A DNA stretch of 64,000 nucleotides from an uncultured Gemmatimonadales bacterium (GTDB lineage: Bacteria; Gemmatimonadota; Gemmatimonadetes; Gemmatimonadales; GWC2-71-9). How positions within the stretch are numbered: the stretch's first letter is position 1; each line of letters opens with the position of its first letter. Positions 18,523 through 27,353 of the stretch are shown piece by piece. The DNA lies in the NCBI GenBank assembly GCA_963771275.1, contig CAVYSW010000005.1:96001-160000 (forward strand), written 5' to 3'. Made by a program: the position numbers and the translations under genes. The notes under the pieces were generated by a model. It did no database searches and was not told where the DNA came from. It saw nothing but the letters and a program-made list of their open reading frames with translations.

Positions 18523-19886
18523 CGGCCGCCGCCGTCGAGCTGGGGCACGAGCCGGATGCCGCCGTCGCGGTCGGCCTGGGCGGATACCGTCCCGCGCAGC
18601 AGCAAGGAGCCGCGGGTCTCGACCAGCGGCACCGGGGCACCGGGCGGCAGCGCCCCCTCCGGCGCGGCGAGCCACGGGGCGCGCAGCAGCAGCGCCGCCA
18701 CGGCGCGACACGGGTCCGGCGGCGCGCTCGGCAGCGACACGATGAACGCGAGGTCGCGGCCCGCCACGAGCGCGGCGGCAAACGCCGCGGGATCGAGACC
18801 GGCCGTGCGCGGCGCGAGGGGCGGGCTCGCGCCGACCAATGCCGCGAGCTCGACGTCGGCCCGCGCCACCAGCCGGTCGGCGAGATCGCGGGCCACGGCG
18901 TCGTCGCGCGAGAACACCACGCGCGGGACGAGCGGCCCCGATCGCGGCGCGGCGGGGGGCGCAGCGCATCCCGGGACCGCCCACCAGGCCGGCTCCTCCG
19001 GCGCGCGCGCGTCCACCCGGACGGCGTCCCGCGCCAGCGCGAGGCGGTCCTGGCGCTCGAGCTGGGCCGTGACGCCCAGCGCCAGGCGGGCCGGGGAGAG
19101 GAGCACCGCGACGCGGTCCCAGGGCAGGGGCACGGCGCGCCAGTCCCCCCGGCCTGCCGCGTAGCGCTGCACGGCGGGATCCCGCGCGACGAGCACGTCC
19201 GCGTCGCCGTCCAGCAGATCCCGCGGATCGGCGCCGAGGGCGGCCCGGAACTCGAGCACCGGCGTGCCCGCGGGCGCCGCGGGAACGGGCTGGGCGCGCA
19301 GCACCGAGTCCGATCCGCTCCGGGTCCACTCGCGGAGCCAGACGGCGCCGGTGCCGATTGGCCACGCGGACTCGGGGATCCGCTTGACGACGCTCCAGGC
19401 GGCGTCGGCGAAGCTCTCGATGGTGCGCGGCGCGACGAGCGAGACGACGACGGTGCCGGCGTCGGTTGCGCGCACGTCGCGCAGCGGGAGCGTGGTGTCG
19501 TTGCGCCAGCTCGCGAGCAGCGCGGCGGCCTCCACGGGCGTGCCGTCCCAGAACTTCGCGCCGGGTCGCAGCGCGAATGTCCAACGCGTGCCCCCGTCGT
19601 CCGACTGCCATCGTGCGGCGAGTCCGGGCCGAGGAACCCCCGCGCAGTCCACGCGCACGGGCGTCTCGTACAGCTGGCGGAACACGAGGCGCTCGGCGTC
19701 GTTGGTCGGGACGGGCGCATGATCGGGCGCGACCGGATCGCGCAAGGCCACCCGGACCGTATCGTGGTCGCTGTGGGGACCGCCCAGCGTGCACGGGTCT
19801 GCCGGCGCGGGCGTGACAGGGGAGGGTGCCGTCCGCGCACAGCTCGCCAGCACGAGGGCGTAGAGCGCGCCGCGGCTCCATGACAT
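18519..19886 (-). CDS. Family 5 (oligopeptide/nickel-type) solute-binding-protein-like lipoprotein, divergent
   Basis: LASC lipobox; LYETPV...PGLAARW...WTFALRPGAKFWDG and PIGTG SBP5 signature. Confidence 0.78.
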   Translation of the reverse strand: MSWSRGALYALVLASCARTAPSPVTPAPADPCTLGGPHSDHDTVRVALRDPVAPDHAPVPTNDAERLVFRQLYETPVRVDCAGVPRPGLAARWQSDDGGTRWTFALRPGAKFWDGTPVEAAALLASWRNDTTLPLRDVRATDAGTVVVSLVAPRTIESFADAAWSVVKRIPESAWPIGTGAVWLREWTRSGSDSVLRAQPVPAAPAGTPVLEFRAALGADPRDLLDGDADVLVARDPAVQRYAAGRGDWRAVPLPWDRVAVLLSPARLALGVTAQLERQDRLALARDAVRVDARAPEEPAWWAVPGCAAPPAAPRSGPLVPRVVFSRDDAVARDLADRLVARADVELAALVGASPPLAPRTAGLDPAAFAAALVAGRDLAFIVSLPSAPPDPCRAVAALLLRAPWLAAPEGALPPGAPVPLVETRGSLLLRGTVSAQADRDGGIRLVPQLDGGGR

Positions 19887-20009
19887 TCGCGTTCGCACGC
19901 CATCAATCTACCCGCGGGCGGCGCCGGTGGGCGGCACGCCGCGATTGCGACCGCGTGGCCGCGACGCTACCGTTTGGGACTTCGCACCCCACCATTCCGG
20001 AGGAGATCC

Positions 20010-21581
20010 ATGCGGACCGGACGAATTGTCACGACGCTGACGGCCATTGGAGCCCTGATGTTGCACGTGCCTCCCGTGGCGGCGCAGGGAGCCCGCGGCG
20101 CCCCTCCAGGTGCCGCCGCTGCCGCCCCGGCCGCCCCCGCCCTCAGCAAGGCGGGCAAGGAAGCGGACCTGCTGCCGAACGACCCCGTCGTGACCCAGCA
20201 CAGCGCGCGGATCAACGGGCAGGCGGTGAGCTACACGGCCGAGGCCGGCTGGCTCCCGATCCGGGAGGACGGGAAGGTCACCGCGAAGATGTTCTATGTG
20301 GCCTACACCAAGAACGGGGTCCAGGACCCGAGCACGCGGCCGCTGCTCTTCTCGTTCAACGGCGGGCCCGGCACGGCCTCGGTCTGGATGCACATGGGGT
20401 ACACGGGCCCAAGGCGCGTGGTGTACGACGACGACGGCTTCGCGCTGCGGCCGCCGGGCGGGCTGGAGGACAACCCGCACTCGGTGCTCGACGCGGCGGA
20501 CATCGTGTACATCGATCCCGTCGCCACGGGATTCAGCCGGATGGTGGAGGGCGAGGATCTCCACAAGTATCACGGCACGCTCAGCGACATTCAGTCGGTG
20601 GCCGAGTTCATCCGGCTGTATCTCCTGAAGAAGGACCGGTGGGCGTCGCCCAAGTTCGTGATCGGCGAGAGCTATGGAACGACTCGGGCATCGGGGCTCG
20701 CCGGCTATCTGCTCAGTCGGCACCAGATCTACCTGAACGGCGTCATTCTGGTCTCGATGACCGACTTGAACGTGGAGCGCGGTCCCGACGTCGCCTTCGC
20801 CATGGCATTGCCGCAGCGCACCGCGACGGCGTGGTACCATCACCAGCTCCCCGCCGACCTCCAGGCGCGTCCGCTGCGGGAGGTGCTGAATGACGTCGAG
20901 CCGTTCGCGATGGGCGACTACCTCGAGGCGCTCGTCAAGGGCGACCGGCTGACCGATGCCGAGCGTGCCACCATGGCGCAGCGGGTCGCGCGGTACACGG
21001 GACTCACCGCGGAGTACGTGCTCTCCGCCAACCTGCGGATCGACGCGCGGCGCTTCTGGAAAGAGCTGCTGCGGGATCAGCGGCTCACCGTCGGGCGGCT
21101 CGACAGCCGCTACCTCGGCGTGGACCAGGACGCCGCCGGCGAGAACCCCGAGTACGATCCCGCGATGGCGGACTGGAACGGCCCGTTCTCCAACGCGGTG
21201 AACCGCTATTTCCGGGAAGAGCTGCGCTACAATCCCGACCTCGAGTACAACGTGTGGGGCCCGGTCCGGCCGTGGAACCGCGACGCCACGACCAACGTCG
21301 GCGACATGTTGCGGCAGGCGATGCAGGGGAACCCGTATCTCAAGGTCATGGTCCAGGGCGGCTACTTCGACGCCGCTACGGACTACTTCAGCGCGATGTA
21401 CACCATCTCGCACCTCCAGCCCGGCGGCGAGTTCCGGGACCGCTTCCGATTCCGGTTCTACGAGAGCGGGCACATGATGTATCTCCGCAGGCCCGATCTC
21501 GGCGCCGCGAACGGCGACCTGCGCGACTTCATCCGCTGGTGTCTGGAGGATCTGCCCGTCCATCCGCTGCACGCGAAGTAG
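20010..21581 (+). CDS. S10 family serine carboxypeptidase, secreted
   Basis: GGAGGA RBS, signal peptide, FNGGPG, IDPVATGFS, GESYG, GYFD and GHMMY motifs. Confidence 0.92.
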   Translation: MRTGRIVTTLTAIGALMLHVPPVAAQGARGAPPGAAAAAPAAPALSKAGKEADLLPNDPVVTQHSARINGQAVSYTAEAGWLPIREDGKVTAKMFYVAYTKNGVQDPSTRPLLFSFNGGPGTASVWMHMGYTGPRRVVYDDDGFALRPPGGLEDNPHSVLDAADIVYIDPVATGFSRMVEGEDLHKYHGTLSDIQSVAEFIRLYLLKKDRWASPKFVIGESYGTTRASGLAGYLLSRHQIYLNGVILVSMTDLNVERGPDVAFAMALPQRTATAWYHHQLPADLQARPLREVLNDVEPFAMGDYLEALVKGDRLTDAERATMAQRVARYTGLTAEYVLSANLRIDARRFWKELLRDQRLTVGRLDSRYLGVDQDAAGENPEYDPAMADWNGPFSNAVNRYFREELRYNPDLEYNVWGPVRPWNRDATTNVGDMLRQAMQGNPYLKVMVQGGYFDAATDYFSAMYTISHLQPGGEFRDRFRFRFYESGHMMYLRRPDLGAANGDLRDFIRWCLEDLPVHPLHAK

Positions 21582-21630
21582 ACGGCACGGCGTGGCGAGT
21601 GGGGGGCGGGTCGTGCCGCCGCCCCCCCCG

Positions 21631-22737
21631 TCATTGCGCGGCTGGCACCACCCCGTTCACGATCACGTCGAGCACGGCGGTTTCAAGCGCGTCGACCGCC
21701 GCCGGATCGCCGATCCCCGGCCAATCGGTGGTGGCCACCACGACGAGGTCCAGCGCCGGGGCCACGTAGATGAACTGGCCGCCGTAGCCCCACGCGAAGT
21801 AGGCGCCGTCACCCGGCGTGTCCAACACCCACCAGAGGTATCCGTAGGTCAGCTCGCTCACGGGGCCGAAGCTCCGGCGCCAGGCGTAGTACGGCTCCGT
21901 GGCGCGCGTCACCCAAGCGGTCGGCACGATCTGGCGGTCGCCGCTCCGGCCCCGCTGCAGGAACAGTTGTCCCAACCGCAGCAGGTCCTGCGCGGGCAGA
22001 TCGATCCCCGCACCCCCGTTCACCGTCCCGGGATCGAGTGGCTCCCACTGGACCGCGTGAATGCCGAGCGGCGTGAACAGGTAACGGTCCGCGAACACCG
22101 GCAGGCTCAAACCGGTGGCGTGCTCCAGGAGCACGCCGAGCATGTGCACGGCGCCTGAATTGTAGGCGAAGGTGGTCCCTGGGGGAGCGGCGTTGGGCAG
22201 ATCCAGCACGAACTGCACGTGGTCGCCGGTCGTCGAGAGCCAGCGATTGTACTCCGTACTGGTCTCGTTCCATTGGTACCCGGACGACATGGTCAGCAGG
22301 TCTCGGACGGTGACCGCGCTGTCGGACGCGTCGAGCCGGTAGTCGGCACCGAGGTAGGCGGCGATCGTGGTGTCGAGATTCGGCAGGGAGCCGCGCAGCT
22401 GGGCGATGCCCGCGAGCGTCGACACGATGCTCTTGGTCACCGAGCGCACGTCGTTCAGCGTCCCCCGATCGACACCCGAGAAGTACCGCTCCAGCACCAG
22501 GCCTCCCCGGCGCGCGACGAGCAACGCATGGAACCTGGGAAGCGCCGCCGCCTGGGCCGCGGCCTGGTCGAGCTGGGCACTGTCCATGGCGACGTCGGCG
22601 GGGCTGACGTCCGTCCATGGGTCCGAGATGTCGATCGTGCCCCCGGGCGCAGACGCATCGGAGCACGCTGCGAGCGCGACGAGAAGCAGCGCCTCAGCCG
22701 CGGCGCAGGCGGCGCGATTCAGTTGGTGCGAGCGCAT
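21631..22737 (-). CDS. Beta-lactamase-family serine hydrolase (class C/NylB-like), lipoprotein
   Basis: LAAC lipobox, SVTK (SxxK), LLTMSSG, FAYNS, YGYLWW and GYGGQ motifs. Confidence 0.9.
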   Translation of the reverse strand: MRSHQLNRAACAAAEALLLVALAACSDASAPGGTIDISDPWTDVSPADVAMDSAQLDQAAAQAAALPRFHALLVARRGGLVLERYFSGVDRGTLNDVRSVTKSIVSTLAGIAQLRGSLPNLDTTIAAYLGADYRLDASDSAVTVRDLLTMSSGYQWNETSTEYNRWLSTTGDHVQFVLDLPNAAPPGTTFAYNSGAVHMLGVLLEHATGLSLPVFADRYLFTPLGIHAVQWEPLDPGTVNGGAGIDLPAQDLLRLGQLFLQRGRSGDRQIVPTAWVTRATEPYYAWRRSFGPVSELTYGYLWWVLDTPGDGAYFAWGYGGQFIYVAPALDLVVVATTDWPGIGDPAAVDALETAVLDVIVNGVVPAAQ

Positions 22738-22774
22738 GGTCGGAGCTACCCCCCCCAGCCACCCGGCCGTCCGG

Positions 22775-22796
22775 AAATGTGATCTATCTCACACGC
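22775..22796. promoter_or_regulatory. CRP/FNR-family binding site
   Basis: AAATGTGATCTATCTCACAC: exact TGTGA-N6-TCACA core in a divergent intergenic region. Confidence 0.65.
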
Positions 22797-22898
22797 GACC
22801 GGCATGGTTCGTGCGTTTTGTGCGGTCGGACACAACACCACATCCTAACGGGACAAGGACACGTGCATAACATACTTCGGGCGGTGCCGAATCACCGT

Positions 22899-24170
22899 AT
22901 GCCGTTGCGAGTGCTGCTCTTGGGTGGCGCTCTGGTGGCACTCGGCTGCGCGGACGCCAACGTGGCGGCGCCGCCGGACCTGCCGCAGGCAGGCCGCATC
23001 CGCGTACAGAACGACGAGTCGGTGTTGCGCGGGCGGGTGCGCGTGGTGGCGGAGCCGCTGACCATCAGCCCGGTGGGCCCGGCGGCGAGTGTGATGGCGG
23101 GAGGCCCGGCAGGTGGCTCCGACGATAGCTTCTCGCTCGCGCTCATCGCCGAGGTCGCGCCGCCGGAGCTGGACGGCATCCGGCTGCAGGCGTCCCACAG
23201 CCTGATTCAGGGCTCGCGGGCGTACGTCACTTACAATGTGCAGGGGCCGGTGCGCAAGGGCGGCGTGGACGTGTTCGACGTCAGCCATCCCGAGTCGGTG
23301 GAGCTGGTCTCGTCGGCGCTGTTCACCGATACGGACGTGAGCGCCGCCGACCTGCACGGCGCGTCGGACCTGTACCTCGCGACCGCGACCGACGACCCTG
23401 CGTTCGCGGAGCCCGCGGTGCTGGAGGTCGTGGAGCTGCACGGCGGGCAGCTCACCACCTCGTCACGCCGCGTGGGTCTTCCGTCGTACGCCGGGACCGG
23501 GGTGCGGGTGCAGGGTGGTACCGTGTACGTCACGTCCGGGACCGGGGGCGATCCGGTGGGCGGGCTGTCGGTGTTCGACCGCACGACCCTGGAACTCGCG
23601 GCGTTCGATCCGTTCGAGGACGCGCGCGCGGTCGACGTGCAGGGCGGGCTCGTGGTGGCGTTGCGCGGGACACCGGGCGAGCTGCGGGTGTACGATGGGC
23701 CGGGCACGACCTTCGTGCGGAGCTTCGCGTCCGGCGGCGCAAACGTCCCCGAATCGAAGGGCACGGTATCGATCGCCAAGCCGTGTGTGTTCTACGCGGC
23801 CGGCGACGCGGGGCTGCGGGTGGTGGATCTCGAGACCGGGAGCACGGTGGTGACGCTGCCGGTGCCGGACGTCGAGGGCGTCGCGCTGGAAGACGAGGTC
23901 ACTAATGGCGCGTCGATCAGCGGCGACCTCGTGTTCATCGCCAACGGCGGGGCAGGCCTGTTCGTCGCTCGGGCGTCCCGCAGCTTCGACGACGGCTCCG
24001 GTGACGCCAGCGGCGGTGCCCAGTGCAACTCGTGTGACGTCACGCTCGAGCTGCTGGGGCAGGTCCGGTTCCCCGGAGACGAGTCCGCCAACTACGTCGC
24101 GAGCCGTGGCAATCTGCTCTTCGTGGCCCACGGGCTGGGTGGGCTGAGCATCCTCAAGATTCAGCGGTAG
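22899..24170 (+). CDS. LVIVD-repeat-like beta-propeller lipoprotein
   Basis: ALGC lipobox; repeats such as VDVFDVSHP, AGDAGLRVVD, ANGGAGLFV and AHGLGGLSIL; alternative GTG start at 22863. Confidence 0.75.
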   Translation: MPLRVLLLGGALVALGCADANVAAPPDLPQAGRIRVQNDESVLRGRVRVVAEPLTISPVGPAASVMAGGPAGGSDDSFSLALIAEVAPPELDGIRLQASHSLIQGSRAYVTYNVQGPVRKGGVDVFDVSHPESVELVSSALFTDTDVSAADLHGASDLYLATATDDPAFAEPAVLEVVELHGGQLTTSSRRVGLPSYAGTGVRVQGGTVYVTSGTGGDPVGGLSVFDRTTLELAAFDPFEDARAVDVQGGLVVALRGTPGELRVYDGPGTTFVRSFASGGANVPESKGTVSIAKPCVFYAAGDAGLRVVDLETGSTVVTLPVPDVEGVALEDEVTNGASISGDLVFIANGGAGLFVARASRSFDDGSGDASGGAQCNSCDVTLELLGQVRFPGDESANYVASRGNLLFVAHGLGGLSILKIQR

Positions 24171-24200
24171 ACCGGGAGCGGAGTCGCGTCGACGTAGGGC

Positions 24201-24259
24201 ACCGCAGAGACCGCAGCGTTTGCGGGTAGTACCTCTGCGAGCTCCGCGTGCTCTGCGGT
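24201..24259. repeat. Intergenic imperfect inverted repeat built from CGCAG(AG)/CTCTGCG units (REP-like)
   Basis: ACCGCAGAG (24201) pairs with CTCTGCGGT (24251); internal CTCTGCG/CTCCGCG units at 9-nt period. Confidence 0.5.
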
Positions 24260-24341
24260 CCGCGTTGGCCGACGCAGTCACCGACCACCGCGGTGCGCGT
24301 CCGCCGTGCGTCCGCTCCTTTCGCGCGGCATATTCGTTCGC

Positions 24342-25382
24342 ATGTCCTCCCATGACCAGACCGCGCCCCGGACCGATGCGGAGCTCGACGAGCTCCTGTC
24401 GCGGCCGACGCCGGCGGACGTCGCGGCCCTCGCCGGGCTCGACGGTGACCTCCTCATTCTCGGTGCCGGTGGGAAGATGGGGCCGAGCCTCGCGCGGCTC
24501 GCGCGGCGCGCGAGCGACGAGGCGGGTGTGCGTCGCCGAGTCGTCGCCGTCTCGCGGTTCCAGACACCCGGGCTCGCCGAGGCGCTGATCGCACACGGGG
24601 TCGAGACGATCGCCTGCGATCTCCTCGATGCCCACGCGTTGGCGGGCCTGCCGGACACGCCGAACGTCGTGTTGCTGGCCGGCCAGAAGTTCGGCACCGC
24701 CGGCGACCCCGGCTCGACCTGGGCCCTGAACGCGTTCCTGCCCGCGGCGGTGATCCGACGCTTTCCGGCCGCGCGAATCGCGGTCTTCTCGACCGGGAAC
24801 GTCTACCCGCTCGTTCCCGTCACGGGAGCCGGCGCGACCGAGGATGATCCCGTGGGCCCGATCGGCGAGTACGCGCAATCGGCGCTCGCGCGGGAGCGGC
24901 TGGTGACGTTCTTCGGCACGCGACAGCGGACGCGGGTCGCGCTGCTCCGGCTCAACTACGCGGTGGAGCTGCGCTACGGTGTGCTGCGGGACCTGGCGGA
25001 CCGGGTCGCGGGCCGGCAGCCGATCGATCTCACCATGGGCTGGGTGAACGTGATCTGGCAGCGTGACGCCAACGCGGTGGCGCTCCGCGTCCTCGCGCGC
25101 GCTGCCGTCCCGCCGCTCGTGCTCAACGTCACGGGTCCGGAGAAGCTCGGCGTGCGGGATCTGGCCACGCGGCTCGGCGAGCGGCTCGGCGTGTCGCCGG
25201 TGTTCGCGGGGCGTGAAGCCGAGACGGCGCTGCTGAGTGACGTGTCGCGCTGCCGCGCGATGTTCGGGCCGTCTGTTGTGGATGCTGCGACGGCCCTCGA
25301 GTGGGTTGCCGAGTGGGTGGGCCGCGGCGGTGGCTCGTTCGGCAGGCCCACCCATTTCGACGAGCGCGGGGGACGCTTCTGA
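24342..25382 (+). CDS. NAD(P)-dependent epimerase/dehydratase (extended SDR)
   Basis: ILGAGGKMG Rossmann motif, FSTGNVY, GEYAQS and RLNYA. Confidence 0.88.
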   Translation: MSSHDQTAPRTDAELDELLSRPTPADVAALAGLDGDLLILGAGGKMGPSLARLARRASDEAGVRRRVVAVSRFQTPGLAEALIAHGVETIACDLLDAHALAGLPDTPNVVLLAGQKFGTAGDPGSTWALNAFLPAAVIRRFPAARIAVFSTGNVYPLVPVTGAGATEDDPVGPIGEYAQSALARERLVTFFGTRQRTRVALLRLNYAVELRYGVLRDLADRVAGRQPIDLTMGWVNVIWQRDANAVALRVLARAAVPPLVLNVTGPEKLGVRDLATRLGERLGVSPVFAGREAETALLSDVSRCRAMFGPSVVDAATALEWVAEWVGRGGGSFGRPTHFDERGGRF

Positions 25383-26431
25383 ACGCGGCAGAGGTCCGCG
25401 CCCGGCTGCTCGAGGGGGTGGTGATCCCGGCTCATCCCCTGGCGCTCACCGCGCGGCGGAGGCTCGACGAGCGGCGCCAGCGCGCGCTCACGCGGTACTA
25501 CGTGGACGCCGGGGCGGGGGGCCTCGCCGTCGGCGTCCACACGACGCAGTTCGCGATCCGGGATCCGGCCGTCGGGCTGCTCGAGCCGGTGCTGGCGCTG
25601 GCCCGTGAGACGGGTGACGCCTGGCAGCCGCCGGGCGCAACGCCGCTCGTGTACATCGCGGGGGTCGTAGGCGACACGGGGCAGGCGACCGCGGAGGCGG
25701 CGCTCGCCGCGCGGCTCGGCTATCACGTGGCGCTCGTCTCGCTCGGCGGGCTCGACGACTGGCCGGTGGCCCGCCTGGTCGGTCACATGCGCGCGGTCGG
25801 CGAGGTCCTGCCGGTCATGGGCTTCTACCTCCAGCCTGCAGTGGGCGGCCGCGACCTGCCGTACCGCTTCTGGCGTGCGCTGGCGGAGGTGGAGAGCCTG
25901 GTCGGCATCAAGATCGCGCCGTTCGATCGCGAGCGGACGGCCGAGGTCGTGCGGGCGGTGTGGGACGCGGGTCGCGCGGGCGAGGTGGCGCTCTACACGG
26001 GGAACGACGACCACCTCGTGCTCGATCTCCTGACGCCGTTCCGGTTCGGGGAGGGCCCCCCCGTGTATCTGGTGGGCGGGTTGCTTGGCCAGTGGGCCGT
26101 GTGGACGCGCCGCGCGGTGGCGCTGCACGCCCAGTGCCGACGTGCCGTGCGGAGCGGCAAGTCACTGCCGGCGGCGCTGCTGGCGCTGGCGGCGCACCTC
26201 ACGGATGCCAACGCCGCGATCTTCGACGCGGCGCACCGGTACGCCGGGTGCCTGCCCGGCATTCACGAGGTGCTGCGGCGACAGGGATTGCTGGTCGGAA
26301 CGTGGTGTCTGCGAGAGGCCGAGTCGCTCTCACCCGGCCAGCTGGCCGAGATCGATCGGGTGCGGGCGGCGTACCCGCATCTCGCGGACGATGCGTTCGT
26401 GGCGGAGCACCGGGACCGCTGGCTGGGGTGA
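25379..26431 (+). CDS. Dihydrodipicolinate synthase family (class I aldolase) protein; start uncertain (CTG 25379 or GTG 25418/25421)
   Basis: VIPAHPLAL, VGVHTTQF, GFYLQ, Schiff-base Lys in GIKIAPF, YTGNDD. Confidence 0.85.
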   Translation: MNAAEVRARLLEGVVIPAHPLALTARRRLDERRQRALTRYYVDAGAGGLAVGVHTTQFAIRDPAVGLLEPVLALARETGDAWQPPGATPLVYIAGVVGDTGQATAEAALAARLGYHVALVSLGGLDDWPVARLVGHMRAVGEVLPVMGFYLQPAVGGRDLPYRFWRALAEVESLVGIKIAPFDRERTAEVVRAVWDAGRAGEVALYTGNDDHLVLDLLTPFRFGEGPPVYLVGGLLGQWAVWTRRAVALHAQCRRAVRSGKSLPAALLALAAHLTDANAAIFDAAHRYAGCLPGIHEVLRRQGLLVGTWCLREAESLSPGQLAEIDRVRAAYPHLADDAFVAEHRDRWLG

Positions 26432-26633
26432 GGATGAGATCAATGCCCGGCCTTGGCGACGAGGGTGTGCCTAGGGGGCACCTCGGTTGTTCTGGTTGGG
26501 GAGGGGGATTGGTCCCAGGCTAAAGCCCACGCTCGACAGCGGAAGCGCGTCTTGCCGGACGCCGCCCGGCGCGCGTCTGGCGAATGGGACCTTCGGGGTG
26601 CAGGTTACCGGTGAGTGAATCCCTGAGGATCTC

Positions 26634-27347
26634 ATGATGCTGTGCAAGGCCGCGTTCGTGGGGTTGGGCGCCATCGCGTGCGGCCTCGCCTGCGGAGCCG
26701 CGCACGCGCAGGACCCACTCTGCTGGCGCGCGCGGCCCATGCCGGCGTGCACATCCTACCTCGTCACGGATCTCACCGTCGCGGCCCGTCTCGATCCGGC
26801 CCCGGGGGACGAGCGTCGCTACCTCATCACGGCCGAGCTCGGTTGGATGCGAAACGTCGGGTCCCGCAACGGCGTGGGGGCGACACTCAGCATCGTCGCC
26901 CACGGCGCGCGCGATCAGTATGCCTCGATCGAGAACCTGTACCCCTACCTTGGCACCGCCGTCATGGTTCGCTACCGGCGCTGGCTGTCGCCGCGCGCCG
27001 GGATCGAGCTGGGTCTCGGCACGCCGTTCTCGGCCGAGCGCGCGCTGGGCACGGTGCAGCTCCCGTCGCTGCTCGGGGAGGTGAGCTTCACCTACGCCGG
27101 GCTGGTTGCGCTCACGGCGCGCGTCGAGCGCACCAGCTACGAGCAGCGCCACGTTGGGCCCACCGGGACGCCCGGCGTGGGGTTCACCTACCCGCTGGGG
27201 AGCCTGCCGGCCTCCTTCCAGGTGAGCAGCCCTGACGTCGACACGGCGTGGTACTTCGGCGCGAAGGTGAGTGCGCTCCCGGGCGCCCTGGGCATCGTGG
27301 CGGCGGGCCTGCTCGTCGCCGTGAGTCGGATCGCCTACTCGAGCTGA
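26634..27347 (+). CDS. Secreted hypothetical protein, possible small outer-membrane beta-barrel
   Basis: Signal peptide ending AHA-Q, amphipathic beta-strand pattern, hydrophobic C-terminus. Confidence 0.65.
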   Translation: MMLCKAAFVGLGAIACGLACGAAHAQDPLCWRARPMPACTSYLVTDLTVAARLDPAPGDERRYLITAELGWMRNVGSRNGVGATLSIVAHGARDQYASIENLYPYLGTAVMVRYRRWLSPRAGIELGLGTPFSAERALGTVQLPSLLGEVSFTYAGLVALTARVERTSYEQRHVGPTGTPGVGFTYPLGSLPASFQVSSPDVDTAWYFGAKVSALPGALGIVAAGLLVAVSRIAYSS

Positions 27348-27353
27348 CAGCGA

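Noticed and set aside
16843..19881. 1012-aa kinase ORF in the supplied track
   Set aside because: The N-terminal ~450 aa is an out-of-frame overlap with the binding-protein gene; the real kinase starts at ATG 18522.
19932..19948. GGCACG...TTGC upstream of the S10 peptidase as a sigma-54 promoter
   Set aside because: Spacing is GG-N12-GC rather than the required N10.
21631..22737. Serine hydrolases (also 36515-37810) as antibiotic-resistance beta-lactamases
   Set aside because: The SxxK fold is shared with esterases and amidases; class C-specific motifs such as KTG are absent.
26432..26633. Intergenic region with an imperfect hairpin as an ncRNA or riboswitch
   Set aside because: No recognisable conserved RNA motif; only a weak stem.
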